In this document: positions 30,001 through 45,000 of the stretch, one piece after another
Numbering within the stretch: position 1 is the first letter of the stretch
Layout: each line of letters starts with the position of its first letter
Assembly: GCF_963921235.1 (NCBI RefSeq)
Contig: NC_086108.1
Span: 35,404,001-35,468,000 of the forward strand
Direction: 5' to 3'
DNA from: Mobula hypostoma
Lineage: Eukaryota
Length of the DNA stretch: 64,000 bases
Notes under the pieces: generated by a model
The model's database searches: none
The model's input: only the letters and a program-made list of their open reading frames with translations
What the model was told of the DNA's origin: nothing
Made by a program: the position numbers and the translations under genes

Positions 30001-33000
30001 TACAATGCAGTGCTCACCATCAGCCTACCGTCCTCCCTTCAGTACAATCCTGTGCACTTTCAGACTACCGTCCTCCCTTCAGTACAATACAGCACTCACC
30101 ATCAGCCTACCGTCCTCCCTTCAATACAATACAGTGCTCACTATCAGCCTACCGTCCTCACTTCAGTACAATACAGTGCTCACCTTCAGCCTACCGTCCT
30201 CTCTTCAGTACAATACAGCACTCACCATCAGCCTACCGTCCTCCCTTCAGTACAATACAGTGCTCACCATCAGCCTACTGTCCTCACTTCAGTACAATAC
30301 ACTACTCACCATCAGTCTACCGTCCATCCCACGGAACAATACAGTGATCACCATCAGCCTACCGTAGTCCCTTCAGTCTAATTCAGTGCTCACCATCACC
30401 CTACCGTATTCTCTTCAGTACAATACAGCACTCACCATCAGCCTACTGTCCTTCCCACAGTAGAATACAGCTTTCACCATCAGCCTATCATCCTCCCTTC
30501 AGTACAATACAGTGCTCACCATCAGCCTACCGTCCTCCCTTCAGTACAATACAGTGCTCACCATCAGCCTACCGTCCTCCCTTCAGTACAATCCTGTGCA
30601 CTTTCAGACTACCGTCCTCCCTTCAGTACAATACAGTGCTCACCATCAGCCTACCGTGCTCACTTCAGTACAATACAGTGCTCACTATCAGCCTACCGTC
30701 CTCTCTTCAGTACAATACAGCACTCACCATCAGCCTATTGTCCTCCCTTCAGTACAATACAGTGCTCACCATCAGCCTACCGTCCTCCCTTCAGTACAAT
30801 ACTATGCTCACTATCAGACTACCGTCCTCCCTTCAGTACAATAATGTGCTCACTATCAGACTACCGTCCTCCCTTCAGTAAAATACAGTACTCACCATGA
30901 GACTACCGTACTCGCTTCAGTACAATGCTGTGCTCACTATCAGACTACCATCCTCCCTTCTGTACAATACAGCACTCACCATCAGACTACCGTTCTCCCT
31001 TCAGTACAATACAGTGCTCACCATCAGCCTACCGTCCTCCCTTCAGTACAATACAGTGCTCACCATCAGCCTACCGTCCTCCCTTCAGTACAATACAGTG
31101 CTCACCATCAGCCTACCGTCCTCCCTTCAGTACAATACAGTGCTCACCATCAGCCTACCGTCCTCCCTTCAGTACAATACAGTGCTCACCATCAGCCTAC
31201 CGTCCTCCCTTCAGTACAATCCTGTGCTCACTATCAGACTACCGTCCTCCCTTCAGTACAATACAGCACTCACCATCAGCCTACCGTCCTCCCTTCAGTA
31301 CAATACAGTGCTCACCATCAGCCTACCGTCCTCCGTTCAGTACAATACAGCACTCACCATCAGCCTACCGTCCTCTCTTCAGTACAATACAGCACTCACC
31401 ATCAGCCTATTGTCCTCCCTTCAGTACAATACAGTGCTCACCATCAGCCTACCGTCCTCACTTCAGTACAATACAGTGCTCACCATCAGCCTACCGTCCT
31501 CCCTTCAGTACAATCCTGTGCACTTTCAGACTACCGTCCTCCCTTCAGTACAATACAGCACTCACCATCAGCCTACCGTCCTCCCTTCAATACAATACAG
31601 TGCTCACTATCAGCCTACCGTCCTCACTTCAGTACAATACAGTGCTCACCATCAGCCTACCGTCCTCTCTTCAGTACAATACAGCACTCACCATCAGCCT
31701 ACCGTCCTCCCTTCAGTACAATACAGTGCTCACCATCAGCCTACTGTCCTCACTTCAGTACAATACACTACTCACCATCAGTCTACCGTCCATCCCACGG
31801 AACAATACAGTGATCACCATCAGCCTACCGTAGTCCCTTCAGTCTAATTCAGTGCTCACCATCACCCTACCGTATTCTCTTCAGTACAATACAGCACTCA
31901 CCATCAGCCTACCGTCCTACCTTCAGTACAATACAGTGCTCACCATCAGCCTACCGTCCTCCCTTCAGTACAATACAGTGCTCACCATCAGCCTACCGTC
32001 CTCCCTTCAGTACAATACAGTGCTCACCATCAGCCTACCGTCCTCCCTTCAGTACAATACAGTGCTCACCATCAGTCTACCGTCCTCACTTCAATACAAT
32101 ACAGTGCTCACTATCAGCCTACCGTCCTCCCTTCAGTACAATACAGTGCTCACCATCAGCCTACCGTCCTCCCTTCAGTACAATACAGTGCTCACTATCA
32201 GACTACCGTCCTCCCTTCAGTACAATACAGTGCTCACCATCAGCCTACCGTCCTCTCTTCAGTACAATACAGTGCTCACTATCAGCCTACCGTCCTCACT
32301 TCAGTACAATACTGTGCTCACTATCAGACTACCATCCTCCCTTTAGTACAATACAGCACTCACCATCAGCCTACCGTCCTCCCTTCAGTACAATACAGTG
32401 CTCACCATCAGCCTACCGTCCTCCCTTCAGTACAATACTGTGCTCACTATCAGACTACCATCCTCCCTTCAGTACAATACAGTGCTCACCATCAGCCTAC
32501 CGTCCTCCCTTCAGTACAATACAGTGCTCACCATCAGCCTACCGTCCTCCCTTCAGTACAATACAGTGCTCACCATCAGCTTACCATCCTCCCTTCAGCA
32601 CTATCCTGTGCTCACTTTCAGACTACCGTCCTCCCTTCAGTACAATACAGCACTCACCATCAGCCTACCGTCCTCCCTTCAGTACAATACAGTGCTCACT
32701 ATCAGCCTACCGTCCTCCCTTCAGTACAATACAGTGCTCACCATCAGCCTACCGTCCTCCGTTCAGTACAATACAGCACTCACCATCAGCCTACCGTCCT
32801 CTCTTCAGTACAATACAGCACTCACCATCAGCCTACTGTCCTCCCTTCAGTACAATACAGTGCTCACCATCAGCCTACCGTCCTCCCTTCAGTACAATCC
32901 TGTGCTCACTATCAGACTACCGTCCTCCCTTCAGTACAATACAGCACTCACCATCAGCCTACCGTCCTCTCTTCAGTACAATACAGCACTCACCATCAGC

Positions 33001-36000
33001 CTACCGTCCTCCCTTCAGTACAATACAGTGCTCACCATCAGCCTACCGTCCTCCCTTCAGTACAATACAGTGCTCACCATCAGCCTACCATCCTCCCTTC
33101 AGTACAATACAGCACTCACCATCAGCCTACCGTCCTCTCTTCAGTACAATACAGCACTCACCATCAGCCTACCGTCCTCCCTTCAGTACAATACAGTGCT
33201 CACCATCAGCCTACCGTGCTCCCCACGGAACAATACAGTGATCACCATCAGTCTACCGTCCATCCCACGGAACAATACAGTGATCACCATCAGCCTACCG
33301 TAGTCCCTTCAGTATAATTCAGTGCTCACCATCACCCTACCGTATTCTCTTCAGTACAATACAGCTCTCACCATCAGCCTATCATCCTCCCTTCAGTACA
33401 ATACAGTGCTCACCATCAGTCTACCGTCCTCACTTCAATACAATACAGTGCTCACTATCAGCCTACCGTCCTCCCTTCAGTACAATACAGTGCTCACCAT
33501 CAGCCTACCGTCCTCCCTTCAGTACAATACAGTGCTCACCATCAGCCTACCGTCCTCCCTTCAGTACAATACAGTGCTCACCATCAGCCTACCGTCCTCC
33601 CTTCAGTACAATACTATGCTCACGATCAGCCTACCGTCCTCCCTTCAGTACAATACAGTGCTCACTATCAGACTACCGTCCTCCCTTCAGTACAATACAG
33701 TCCTCACCATCAGACTACCGTCCTCCCTTCAGTACAATACTGTGCTCACTATCAGACTACCGTCCTCCCTTCAGTACAATACAGCACTCACCATCAGCCT
33801 ACCGTCCTCCCTTCAGTACAATACAGTGCTCACCATCAGCCTACCGTCCTCCCTTCAGTACAATACTGTGCTCACTATCAGACTACCATCCTCCCTTCAG
33901 TACAATACAGTACTCACCATCAGCCTACCGTCCTCACTTCAGTACAATACACTGCTCACCATCAGCCTACCGTCCTCCCTTCAGTACAATACAGTGCTCA
34001 CCATCAGCCTACCGTCCTCCCTTCAGTACAATACAGTGCTCACCATCAGCCTACCGTCCTCCCTTCAGTACAATACAGCACTCACCATCAGCCTATTGTC
34101 CTCCCTTCAGTACAATACAGTGCTCACCATCAGCCTACCGTCCTCCCTTCAGTACAATCCTGTGCTCACTATCAGACTACCGTCCTCCCTTCAGTACAAT
34201 ACAGCACTCACCATCAGCCTACCGTCCTCTCTTCAGTACAATACAGCACTCACCATCAGCCTATTGTCCTCCCTTCAGTACAATACAGTGCTCACCATCA
34301 GCCTACCGTCCTCCCTTCAGTACAATCCTGTGCACTTTCAGACTACCGTCCTCCCTTCAGTACAATACAGCACTCACCATCAGCCTACCGTCCTCCCTTC
34401 AGTACAATACAGTGCTCACTATCAGCCTACCGTCCTCCCTTCAGTACAATACAGTGCTCACCATCAGCCTACCGTCCTCTCTTCAGTACAATACAGCACT
34501 CACCATCAGCCTACCGTCCTCCCTTCAGTACAATACAGTGCTCACCATCAGCCTACCGTCCTCCCTTCAGTACAATACTGTGCTCACTATCAGACTACCA
34601 TCCTCCCTTCAGTACAATACAGCACTCACCATCAGCCTAACGTCCTCCCTTCAGTACAATCCTGTGCTCACTATTTGACTACCATCCTCCCTTCAGTACA
34701 ATACAGCACTCACCATCAGCCTACCGTTCTCTCTTCAGTACAATACAGCACTCACCATCAGCCTACCGTCCTCACTCCAGTACAATACAGTGATCACCAT
34801 CAGCCTACCGTCCATCCCACGGAACAATACAGTGATCACCATCAGCCTACCGTAGTCCCTTCAGTATAATTCAGTGCTCACCATCAGCCTACCGTCCTCC
34901 CTTCAGTACAATACAGTGCTCACCATCAGCCTACCGTCCTCCCTTCAGTACAATACAGTGCTCATTATCAGCCTACCGTCCCCTCTTCAGTACGATACAG
35001 TGCTCGCCATCAGCCTACCGTCCTCCCTTCAGTACAATACAGTGCTCACCATCAGCCTACCGTCCTCCCTTCAGTACAATACAGTGCTCACCATCAGCCT
35101 ACCGTCCTCCCTTCAGTACAATACAGCACTCACCATCAGCCTACCGTCCTCCCTTCAGTACAATACAGCACTCACCATCAGCCTACCGTCCTCCCTTCAG
35201 TACAATACAGTGCTCACCATCAGCCTACCGTCCTCACTTCAGTACAATACAGTGCTCACCATCAGCCTACCGTCCTCCCTTCAGTACAATCCTGTGCTCA
35301 CTATCAGACTACCATCCTCCCTTCAGTACAATACAGCACTCACCATCAGCCTACCGTCCTCCCTTCAGTACAATCCTGTGCTCACTATCAGACTACCATC
35401 CTCCCTTCAGTACAATACAGCACTCACCATCAGCCTACCGTTCTCTCTTCAGTACAATACAGCACTCACCATCAGACTACCGTCCTCACTCCAGTACAAT
35501 ACAGTGATCACCATCAGCCTACCGTCCATCCCACGGAACAATACAGTGATCAGCATCAGCCTACCGTAGTCCCTTCAGTATAATTCAGTGCTCACTATCA
35601 GACTACCGTCCTCCCTTCAGTACAATACAGCACTCACCATCAGCCTACTGTCCTCCCTTCAGTACAATACAGTGCTCACCATCAGCCTACCGTCCTCCCT
35701 TCAGTACAATACAGTGCTCACCATCAGTCTACCGTCCTCCCTTCAGTACAATACTGTGCTCACTATCAGACTACCATCCTCCCTTCAGTACAATACAGCA
35801 CTCACCATCAGCCTACCGTCCTCCCTTCAGTACAATATCGCACTTACCATCAGCCTACCGTCCTCCCTTCAGTACAATACAGTGCTCACTATCAGCCTAC
35901 CATCCTTCAGTACAATACAGAGCTCACCATCAGCCTGCTGTCCTTACTTCAGTACAATACAGCACGCACCATCAGACTAACATCCCCACCACCTTACAAC

Positions 36001-39000
36001 ACAGTGCTCACCATCAGCCTACCATCCTCCCTTCAGTACAATACAGCACGCACCATCAGACTAACATCCCCACAACCTTACAATACAGCGCTCACCATAA
36101 GACTAACGTCCTCCCCACAGTACAATAAAGTACTCACCATGAGACTACCGTCCTACCTTCAGTACAATACAGAGCTCACCATCAGCATACCATCCTCCCC
36201 ACAGTACAATACAGCGCTCACCATCAGCCTATCATCCTCCCTACAGTACAATACGGTGCTCACCATCACCCTACCGTCCTCCCTTCAGTACAATACTGTG
36301 CTCACTATCAGACTACCGTCCTCCCTTCAGTACAATACAGCACTCACCATCAGCCTACCGTCCTCCCTTCAATACAATACAGTGCTCACCATCAGCCTAC
36401 TGTCCTCCCTTCAGTACAATACAGTGCTCACCATCAGCCTACCGTCCTCCGTTCAGTACAATACAGCACTCACCATGAGACTACCGTCCTACCTTCAGTA
36501 CAATACAGTGCTCACTATCAGCCTACCATCCTCCCTTCAGTACAATACAGCACTCACCATCAGCCTACCGTCCTCCCTTCAGTACAATACAGTGCTCACC
36601 ATCAGTCTACCGTCCTCCCTTCAGTACAATACTGTGCTCACTATCAGACTACCATCCTCCCTTCAGTACAATACAGCACTCACCATCAGCCTACCGTCCT
36701 CCCTTCAGTACAATATAGCACTTACCATCAGCCTACCGTCCTCCCTTCAGTACAATACAGTGCTCACTATCAGCCTACCATCCTTCAGTACAATACAGAG
36801 CTCACCATCAGCCTACTGTCCTTACTTCAGTACAATACAGCACGCACCATCAGACTAACATCCCCACCACCTTACAACACAGTGCTCACCATCAGCCTAC
36901 CATCCTCCCTTCAGTACAATACAGCACGCACCATCAGAATAACATACCCACAACGTTACAATACAGCGCTCACCATAAGACTAACGTCCTCCCCACAGTA
37001 CAATAAAGTACTCACCATGAGACTATCGTCCTACCTTCAGTACAATACAGAGCTCACCATCAGCATACCATCCTCCCCACAGTACAATACAGCGCTCACC
37101 ATCAGCCTATCATCCTCCCTACAGTACAATACGGTGCTCACCATCACCCTACCGTCCTCCCTTCAGTACAATACTGTGCTCACTATCAGACTACCGTCCT
37201 CCCTTCAGTACAATACAGCACTCACCATCAGCCTACCGTCCTCCCTTCAATACAATACAGTGCTCACCATCAGCCTACCGTAGTCCCTTCAGTATAATTC
37301 AGTGCTCACCATGAGCCTACCGTCCTCCCTTCAGTACAATATAGTGCTCACCATCAGTCTACCGTCCTCACTTCAATACAATACAGTGCTCACCATCAGC
37401 CTACCGTCCTCCCTTCAGTACAATACAGTGCTCACCATCAGCCTACCGTCCTCCCTTCAGTACAATACAGCACTCACCATCAGCCTACCGTCCTCCCTTC
37501 AGTACAATACAGCACTCACCATGAGAATACCGTCCTCCCTTCAGTACAATACAGTGCTCACTATCAGACTACCGTCCTCCCTTCAGTACAATACTGCACT
37601 CACCATCAGCCTACCGTCCTCCCTTCAGTACAATACAGTGCTCACCATCAGCCTACCGTCCTCCCTTCAGTACAATACTATGCTCACTATCAGACTACCG
37701 TCCTCCCTTCAGTACAATCCTGTGCTCACTTTCAGACTACCGTCCTCCCTTCAGTACAATACAGCACTCACCATCAGCCTACCGTCCTCCCTTCAATACA
37801 ATACAGTGCTCACTATCAGCCTACCGTCCTCCCTTCAGTACAATACAGTGCTCACCATCAGCCTACCGTCCTCCGTTCAGTACAATACAGCACTCACCAT
37901 CAGCCTACCGTCCTCTCTTCAGTACAATACAGCACTCACCATCAGCCTATTGTCCTCCCTTCAGTACAATACAGTGCTCACCATCAGCCTACCGTCCTCC
38001 CTTCAGTACAATCCTGTGCACTTTCAGACTACCGTCCTCCCTTCAGTACAATACAGCACTCACCATCAGCCTACCGTCCTCCCTTCAATACAATACAGTG
38101 CTCACTATCAGCCTACCGTCCTCACTTCAGTACAATACAGTGCTCACCATCAGCCTACCGTCCTCTCTTCAGTACAATACAGCACTCACCATCAGCCTAC
38201 CGTCCTCCCTTCAGTACAATACAGTGCTCACCATCAGCCTACTGTCCTCACTTCAGTACAATACACTACTCACCATCAGTCTACCGTCCATCCCACGGAA
38301 CAATACAGTGATCACCATCAGCCTACCGTAGTCCCTTCAGTCTAATTCAGTGCTCACCATCACCCTACCGTATTCTCTTCAGTACAATACAGCACTCACC
38401 ATCAGCCTACTGTCCTTCCCACAGTAGAATACAGCTTTCACCATCAGCCTATCATCCTCCCTTCATTACAATACAGTGCTCACTATCAGCCTACCGTCCT
38501 CCCTTCAGTACAATACAGTGCTCACCATCAGCCTACCGTCCTCCCTTCAGTACAATACAGTGCTCACCATCAGCCTACCGTCCTCCCTTCAGTACAATAC
38601 AGTGCTCACCATCAGTCTACCGTCCTCACTTCAATACAATACAGTGCTCACTATCAGCCTACCGTCCTCCCTTCAGTACGATACAGTGCTCGCCATCAGC
38701 CTACCGTCCTCCCTTCAGTACAATACAGTGCTCACTATCAGACTAACGTCCTCCCTTCAGTACAATACAGTGCTCACCATCAGCCTACCGTCCTCTCTTC
38801 AGTACAATACAGTGCTCACTATCAGCCTACCGTCCTCACTTCAGTACAATACAGTGCTCACCATCAGCCTAACGTCCATCCCACGGAACAATACAGTGAT
38901 CACCATCAGCCTACCGAAAGTCCCTTCAGTGTAATTCAGTGCTCACCATCACCCTACCGTATTCTCTTCAGTACAATACAGCACTCACCATCAGCCTACT

Positions 39001-42000
39001 GTCCTTCCCACAGTAGAATACAGCTTTCACCATCAGCCTATCATCCTCCCTTCAGTACAATACAGTGCTCACTATCAGCCTACCGTCCTCCCTTCAGTAC
39101 AATACAGTGCTCACCATCAGCCTACCGTCCTCCCTTCAGTACAATACTGTGGTCACTATCAGACTACCGTCCTCCCTTCAGTACAATACAGCACTCACCA
39201 TCAGCCTACCGTCCTCCCTTCAGTACAATACAGTGCTCACCATCATCCTACCGTCCTCCCTTCAGTACAATACTATGCTCACTATCAGACTACCGTCCTC
39301 CCTTCAGTACAATACTGTGGTCACTATCAGACTACCGTCCTCCCTTCAGTACAATACAGCACTCACCATCAGCCTACCGTCCTCCCTTCAGTACAATACA
39401 GTGCTCACCATCATCCTACCGTCCTCCCTTCAGTACAATACTATGCTCACTATCAGACTACCGTCCTCCCTTCAGTACAATCCTGTGCTCACTTTCAGAC
39501 TACCATCCTCCCTTCAGTACAATACAGCACTCACCATCAGCCTACCGTCCTCCCTTCAATACAATACAGTGCTCACTATCAGCCTACCGTCCTCCCTTCA
39601 GTACAATACAGTGCTCACCATCAGCCTACCGTCCTCCGTTCAGTACAATACAGCACTCACCATCAGCCTACCGTCCTCTCTTCAGTACAATACAGCACTC
39701 ACCATCAGCCTATTGTCCTCCCTTCAGTACAATACAGTGCTCACCATCAGCCTACCGTCCTCACTTCAGTACAATACAGTGCTCAGCATCAGCCTACCGT
39801 CCTCTCTTCAGTACAATACAGCACTCACCATCAGCCTATTGTCCTCCCTTCTGTACAATACAGTGCTCACCATCAGCCTACCGTCCTCCCTTCAGTACAA
39901 TCCTGTGCACTTTCAGACTACCGTCCTCCCTTCAGTACAATACAGCACTCACCATCAGCCTACCGTCCTCCCTTCAATACAATACAGTGCTCACTATCAG
40001 CCTACCGTCCTCACTTCAGTACAATACAGTGCTCACCATCAGCCTACCGTCCTCTCTTCAGTACAATACAGCACTCACCATCAGCCTACCGTCCTCCCTT
40101 CAGTACAATACAGTGCTCACCATCAGCCTACTGTCCTCACTTCAGTACAATACACTACTCACCATCAGTCTACCGTCCATCTCACGGAACAATACAGTGA
40201 TCACCATCAGCCTACCGTAGTCCCTTCAGTCTAATTCAGTGCTCACCATCACCCTACCGTATTCTCTTCAGTACAATACAACACTCACCATCAGCCTACT
40301 ATCCTTCCCACAGTAGAATACAGCTTTCACCATCAGCCTATCATCCTCCCTTCAGTACAATACAGTGCTCACTATCAGCCTACCGTCCTCCCTTCAGTAC
40401 AATACAGTGCTCACCATCAGCCTACCGTCCTCCCTTCAGTACAATACAGTGCTCACCATCAGCCTACCGTCCTCCCTTCAGTACAATACAGTGCTCACCA
40501 TCAGTCTACCGTCCTCACTTCAATACAATACAGTGCTCACCATCAGCCTACCGTCCTCCCTTCAGTACAATACAGTGCTCACCATCAGTCTACCGTCCTC
40601 ACTTCAATACAATACAGTGCTCACTATCAGCCTACCGTCCTCCCTTCAGTACGATACAGTGCTCGCCATCAGCCTACCGTCCTCCCTTCAGTACAATACA
40701 GTGCTCACTATCAGACTAACGTCCTCCCTTCAGTACAATACAGTGCTCACCATCAGCCTACCGTCCTCTCTTCAGTACAATACAGTGCTCACTATCAGCC
40801 TACCGTCCTCACTTCAGTACAATACAGTGCTCACCATCATCCTACCGTCCTCCCTTCAGTACAATACTATGCTCACTATCAGACTACCGTCCTCCCTTCA
40901 GTACAATCCTGTGCTCACTTTCAGACTACCGTCCTCCCTTCAGTACAATACAGCACTCACCATCAGCCTACCGTCCTCCCTTCAATACAATACAGTGCTC
41001 ACTATCAGCCTACCGTCCTCCCTTCAGTACAATACAGTGCTCACCATCAGCCTACCGTCCTCCGTTCAGTACAATACAGCACTCACCATCAGCCTACCGT
41101 CCTCTCTTCAGTACAATACAGCACTCACCATCAGCCTATTGTCCTCCCTTCAGTACAATACAGTGCTCACCATCAGCCTACCGTCCTCACTTCAGTACAA
41201 TACAGTGCTCACCATCAGCCTACCGTCCTCTCTTCAGTAGAATACAGCACTCACCATCAGCCTATTGTCCTCCCTTCTGTACAATACAGTGCTCACCATC
41301 AGCCTACCGTCCTCCCTTCAGTACAATACTGTGGTCACTATCAGACTACCGTCCTCCCTTCAGTACAATACAGCACTCACCATCAGCCTACCGTCCTCCC
41401 TTCAGTACAATACAGTGCTCACCATCATCCTACCGTCCTCCCTTCAGTACAATACTGTGCTCACTATCAGACTACCATCCTCCCTTCAGTACAATACAGT
41501 GTTCACCATCAGACTACCGTCCTCCCTTCAGTACAATACAGCACTCACCATAAGCCTACCGTCCTCCCTTCAGTACAATACAGTGCTCACCATCAGCCTA
41601 CCGTCCTGCCTTCAGTACAATACTGTGCTCACTATCAGACTACCGTCCTCCCTTCAGTACAATACAGTGCTCACCATCAGCCTACCGTCCTCACTTCAGT
41701 ACAATACAGTGCTCACCATCAGCCTACCGTCTTCACTTCAGTACAATACAGTGCTCACCATCAGCCTACCGTCCTCCCTTCAGTACAATCCTGTGCTCAC
41801 TATCAGACTACCATCCTCCCTTCAGTACAATACAGCACTCACCATCAGCCTACCGTCCTCCCTTCAGTACAATCCTGTGCTCACTATCAGACTACCATCC
41901 TCCCTTCAGTACAATACAGCGCTCACCATCAGCCTACCGTTCTCTCTTCAGTACAATACAGCACTCACCATCAGCCTACCGTCCTCCGTTCAGTACAATA

Positions 42001-45000
42001 CAGCACTCACCATCAGCCTACCGTCCTCTCTTCAGTACAATACAGCACTCACCATCAGCCTATTGTCCTCCCTTCAGTACAATACAGTGCTCACCATCAG
42101 CCTACCGTCCTCACTTCAGTACAATACAGTGCTCACCATCAGCCTACCGTCCTCTCTTCAGTACAATACAGCACTCACCATCAGCCTATTGTCCTCCCTT
42201 CTGTACAATACAGTGCTCACCATCAGCCTACCGTCCTCCCTTCAGTACAATACTGTGGTCACTATCAGACTACCGTCCTCCCTTCAGTACAATACAGCAC
42301 TCACCATCAGCCTACCGTCCTCCCTTCAGTACAATACAGTGCTCACCATCATCCTACCGTCCTCCCTTCAGTACAATACTGTGCTCACTATCAGACTACC
42401 ATCCTCCCTTCAGTACAATACAGTGTTCACCATCAGACTACCGTCCTCCCTTCAGTACAATACAGCACTCACCATAAGCCTACCGTCCTCCCTTCAGTAC
42501 AATACAGTGCTCACCATCAGCCTACCGTCCTGCCTTCAGTACAATACTGTGCTCACTATCAGACTACCGTCCTCCCTTCAGTACAATACAGTGCTCACCA
42601 TCAGCCTACCGTCCTCACTTCAGTACAATACAGTGCTCACCATCAGCCTACCGTCCTCACTTCAGTACAATACAGTGCTCACCATCAGCCTACCGTCCTC
42701 CCTTCAGTACAATCCTGTGCTCACTATCAGACTACCATCCTCCCTTCAGTACAATACAGCACTCACCATCAGCCTACCGTCCTCCCTTCAGTACAATCCT
42801 GTGCTCACTATCAGACTACCATCCTCCCTTCAGTACAATACAGCACTCACCATCAGCCTACCGTTCTCTCTTCAGTACAATACAGCACTCACCATCAGCC
42901 TACCGTCCTCACTCCAGTACAATACAGTGATCACCATCAGCCTACCATCCATCCCACGGAACAATACAGTGATCACCATCAGCCTACCGTAGTCCCTTCA
43001 GTATAATTCAGTGCTCACCATCAGCTTACCGTCCTCCCTTCAGTACAATATAGTGCTCACCATCAGTCTACCGTCCTCACTTCAATACAATACAGTGCTC
43101 ACTATCAGCCTACCGTCCTCTCTTCAGTACGATACAGTGCTCGCCATCAGCCTACCGTCCTCCCTTCGGTACAATACAGTGCTCACCATCAGCCTACCGT
43201 CCTCCCTTCAGTACAATACAGTGCTCACTATCAGCCTACCGTCCTCACTTCAGTACAATACAGTGCTCACCATCAGCCTAACGTCCATCCCACGGAACAA
43301 TACAGTGATCACCATCAGCCTACCGAAAGTCCCTTCAGTGTAATTCAGTGCTCACCATCACCCTACCGTATTCTCTTCAATACAATACAGCTTTCACCAT
43401 CAGCCTATCATCCTCCCTTCAGTACAATACAGTGCTCACTATCAGCCTACCGTCCTCCCTTCAGTACAATACAGTGCTCACCATCAGCCTACCGTCCTCC
43501 CTTCAGTACAATACTGTGCTCACTATCAGACTACCGTCCTCCCTTCAGTACAATACAGCACTCACCATCAGCCTACCGTCCTCCCTTCAGTACAATCCTG
43601 TGCTCACTATCAGACTACCATCCTCCCTTCAGTACAATACAGCACTCACCATCAGCCTACCGTTCACTCTTCAGTACAATACAGCACTCACCATAAGCCT
43701 ACCGTCCTCCCTTCAGTACAATACAGTGCTCACAATCAGCCTACCGTCCTCCCTCCAGTACAATACAGTGCTCACCATCAGCCTACCGTCCTGCCTTCAG
43801 TACAATACTGTGCTCACTATCAGACTACCGTCCTCCCTTCAGTACAATACAGTGCTCACCATCAGCCTACCGTCCTCACTTCAGTACAATACAGTGCTCA
43901 CCATCAGCCTACCGTCCTCACTTCAGTACAATACAGTGCTCACCATCAGCCTACCGTCCTCCCTTCAGTACAATCCTGTGCTCACTTTCAGAGTACCGAC
44001 CTCCCTTCAGTACAATACAGTGCTCACCATCAGCCTATCGTCCTCCCTTCAGTACAATCCTGTGCACTTTCAGACTACCGTCCTCCCTTCAGTACAATAC
44101 AGCACTCACCATCAGCCTACCGTCCTCCCTTCAATACAATACAGTGCTCACTATCAGCCTACCGTCCTCACTTCAGTACAATACAGTGCTCACCATCAGC
44201 CTACCGTCCTCTCTTCAGTACAATACAGCACTCACCATCAGCCTACCGTCCTCCCTTCAGTACAATACAGTGCTCACCATCAGCCTACTGTCCTCACTTC
44301 AGTACAATACACTACTCACCATCAGTCTACCGTCCATCCCACGGAACAATACAGTGATCACCATCAGCCTACCGTAGTCCCTTCAGTCTAATTCAGTGCT
44401 CACCATCACCCTACCGTATTCTCTTCAGTACAATACAGCACTCACCATTAGTCTACCGTCCTCCCTTCAGTACTATACAGTGCTCACCATCAGTCTACCA
44501 TCCTCCCTTCAGTACAATACTGTGCTCACTATCAGACTACCATCCTCCCTTCAGTACAATACAGCACTCACCATCAGCCTACCGTCCTCCCTTCAGTACA
44601 ATATAGCACTTACCATCAGCCTACCGTCCTCCCTTCAGTACAATACAGTGCTCACTAACAGCCTACCATCCTTCAGTACAATACAGAGCTCACCATCAGC
44701 CTACTGTCCTTACTTCAGTACAATACAGCACGCACCATCAGACTAACATCCCCACCACCTTACAACACAGTGCTCACCATCAGCCTACCATCCTCCCTTC
44801 AGTACAATACAGCATGCACCATCAAACTAACATCCCCACAACCTTACAATACAGCGCTCACCATAAGACTAACGTTCTCCCCACAGTACAATAAAGTACT
44901 CACCATGAGACTACCGTCCTACCTTCAGTACAATACAGAGCTCACCATCAGCATACCATCCTCCCCACAGTACAATACAGCGCTCACCATCAGCCTATCA

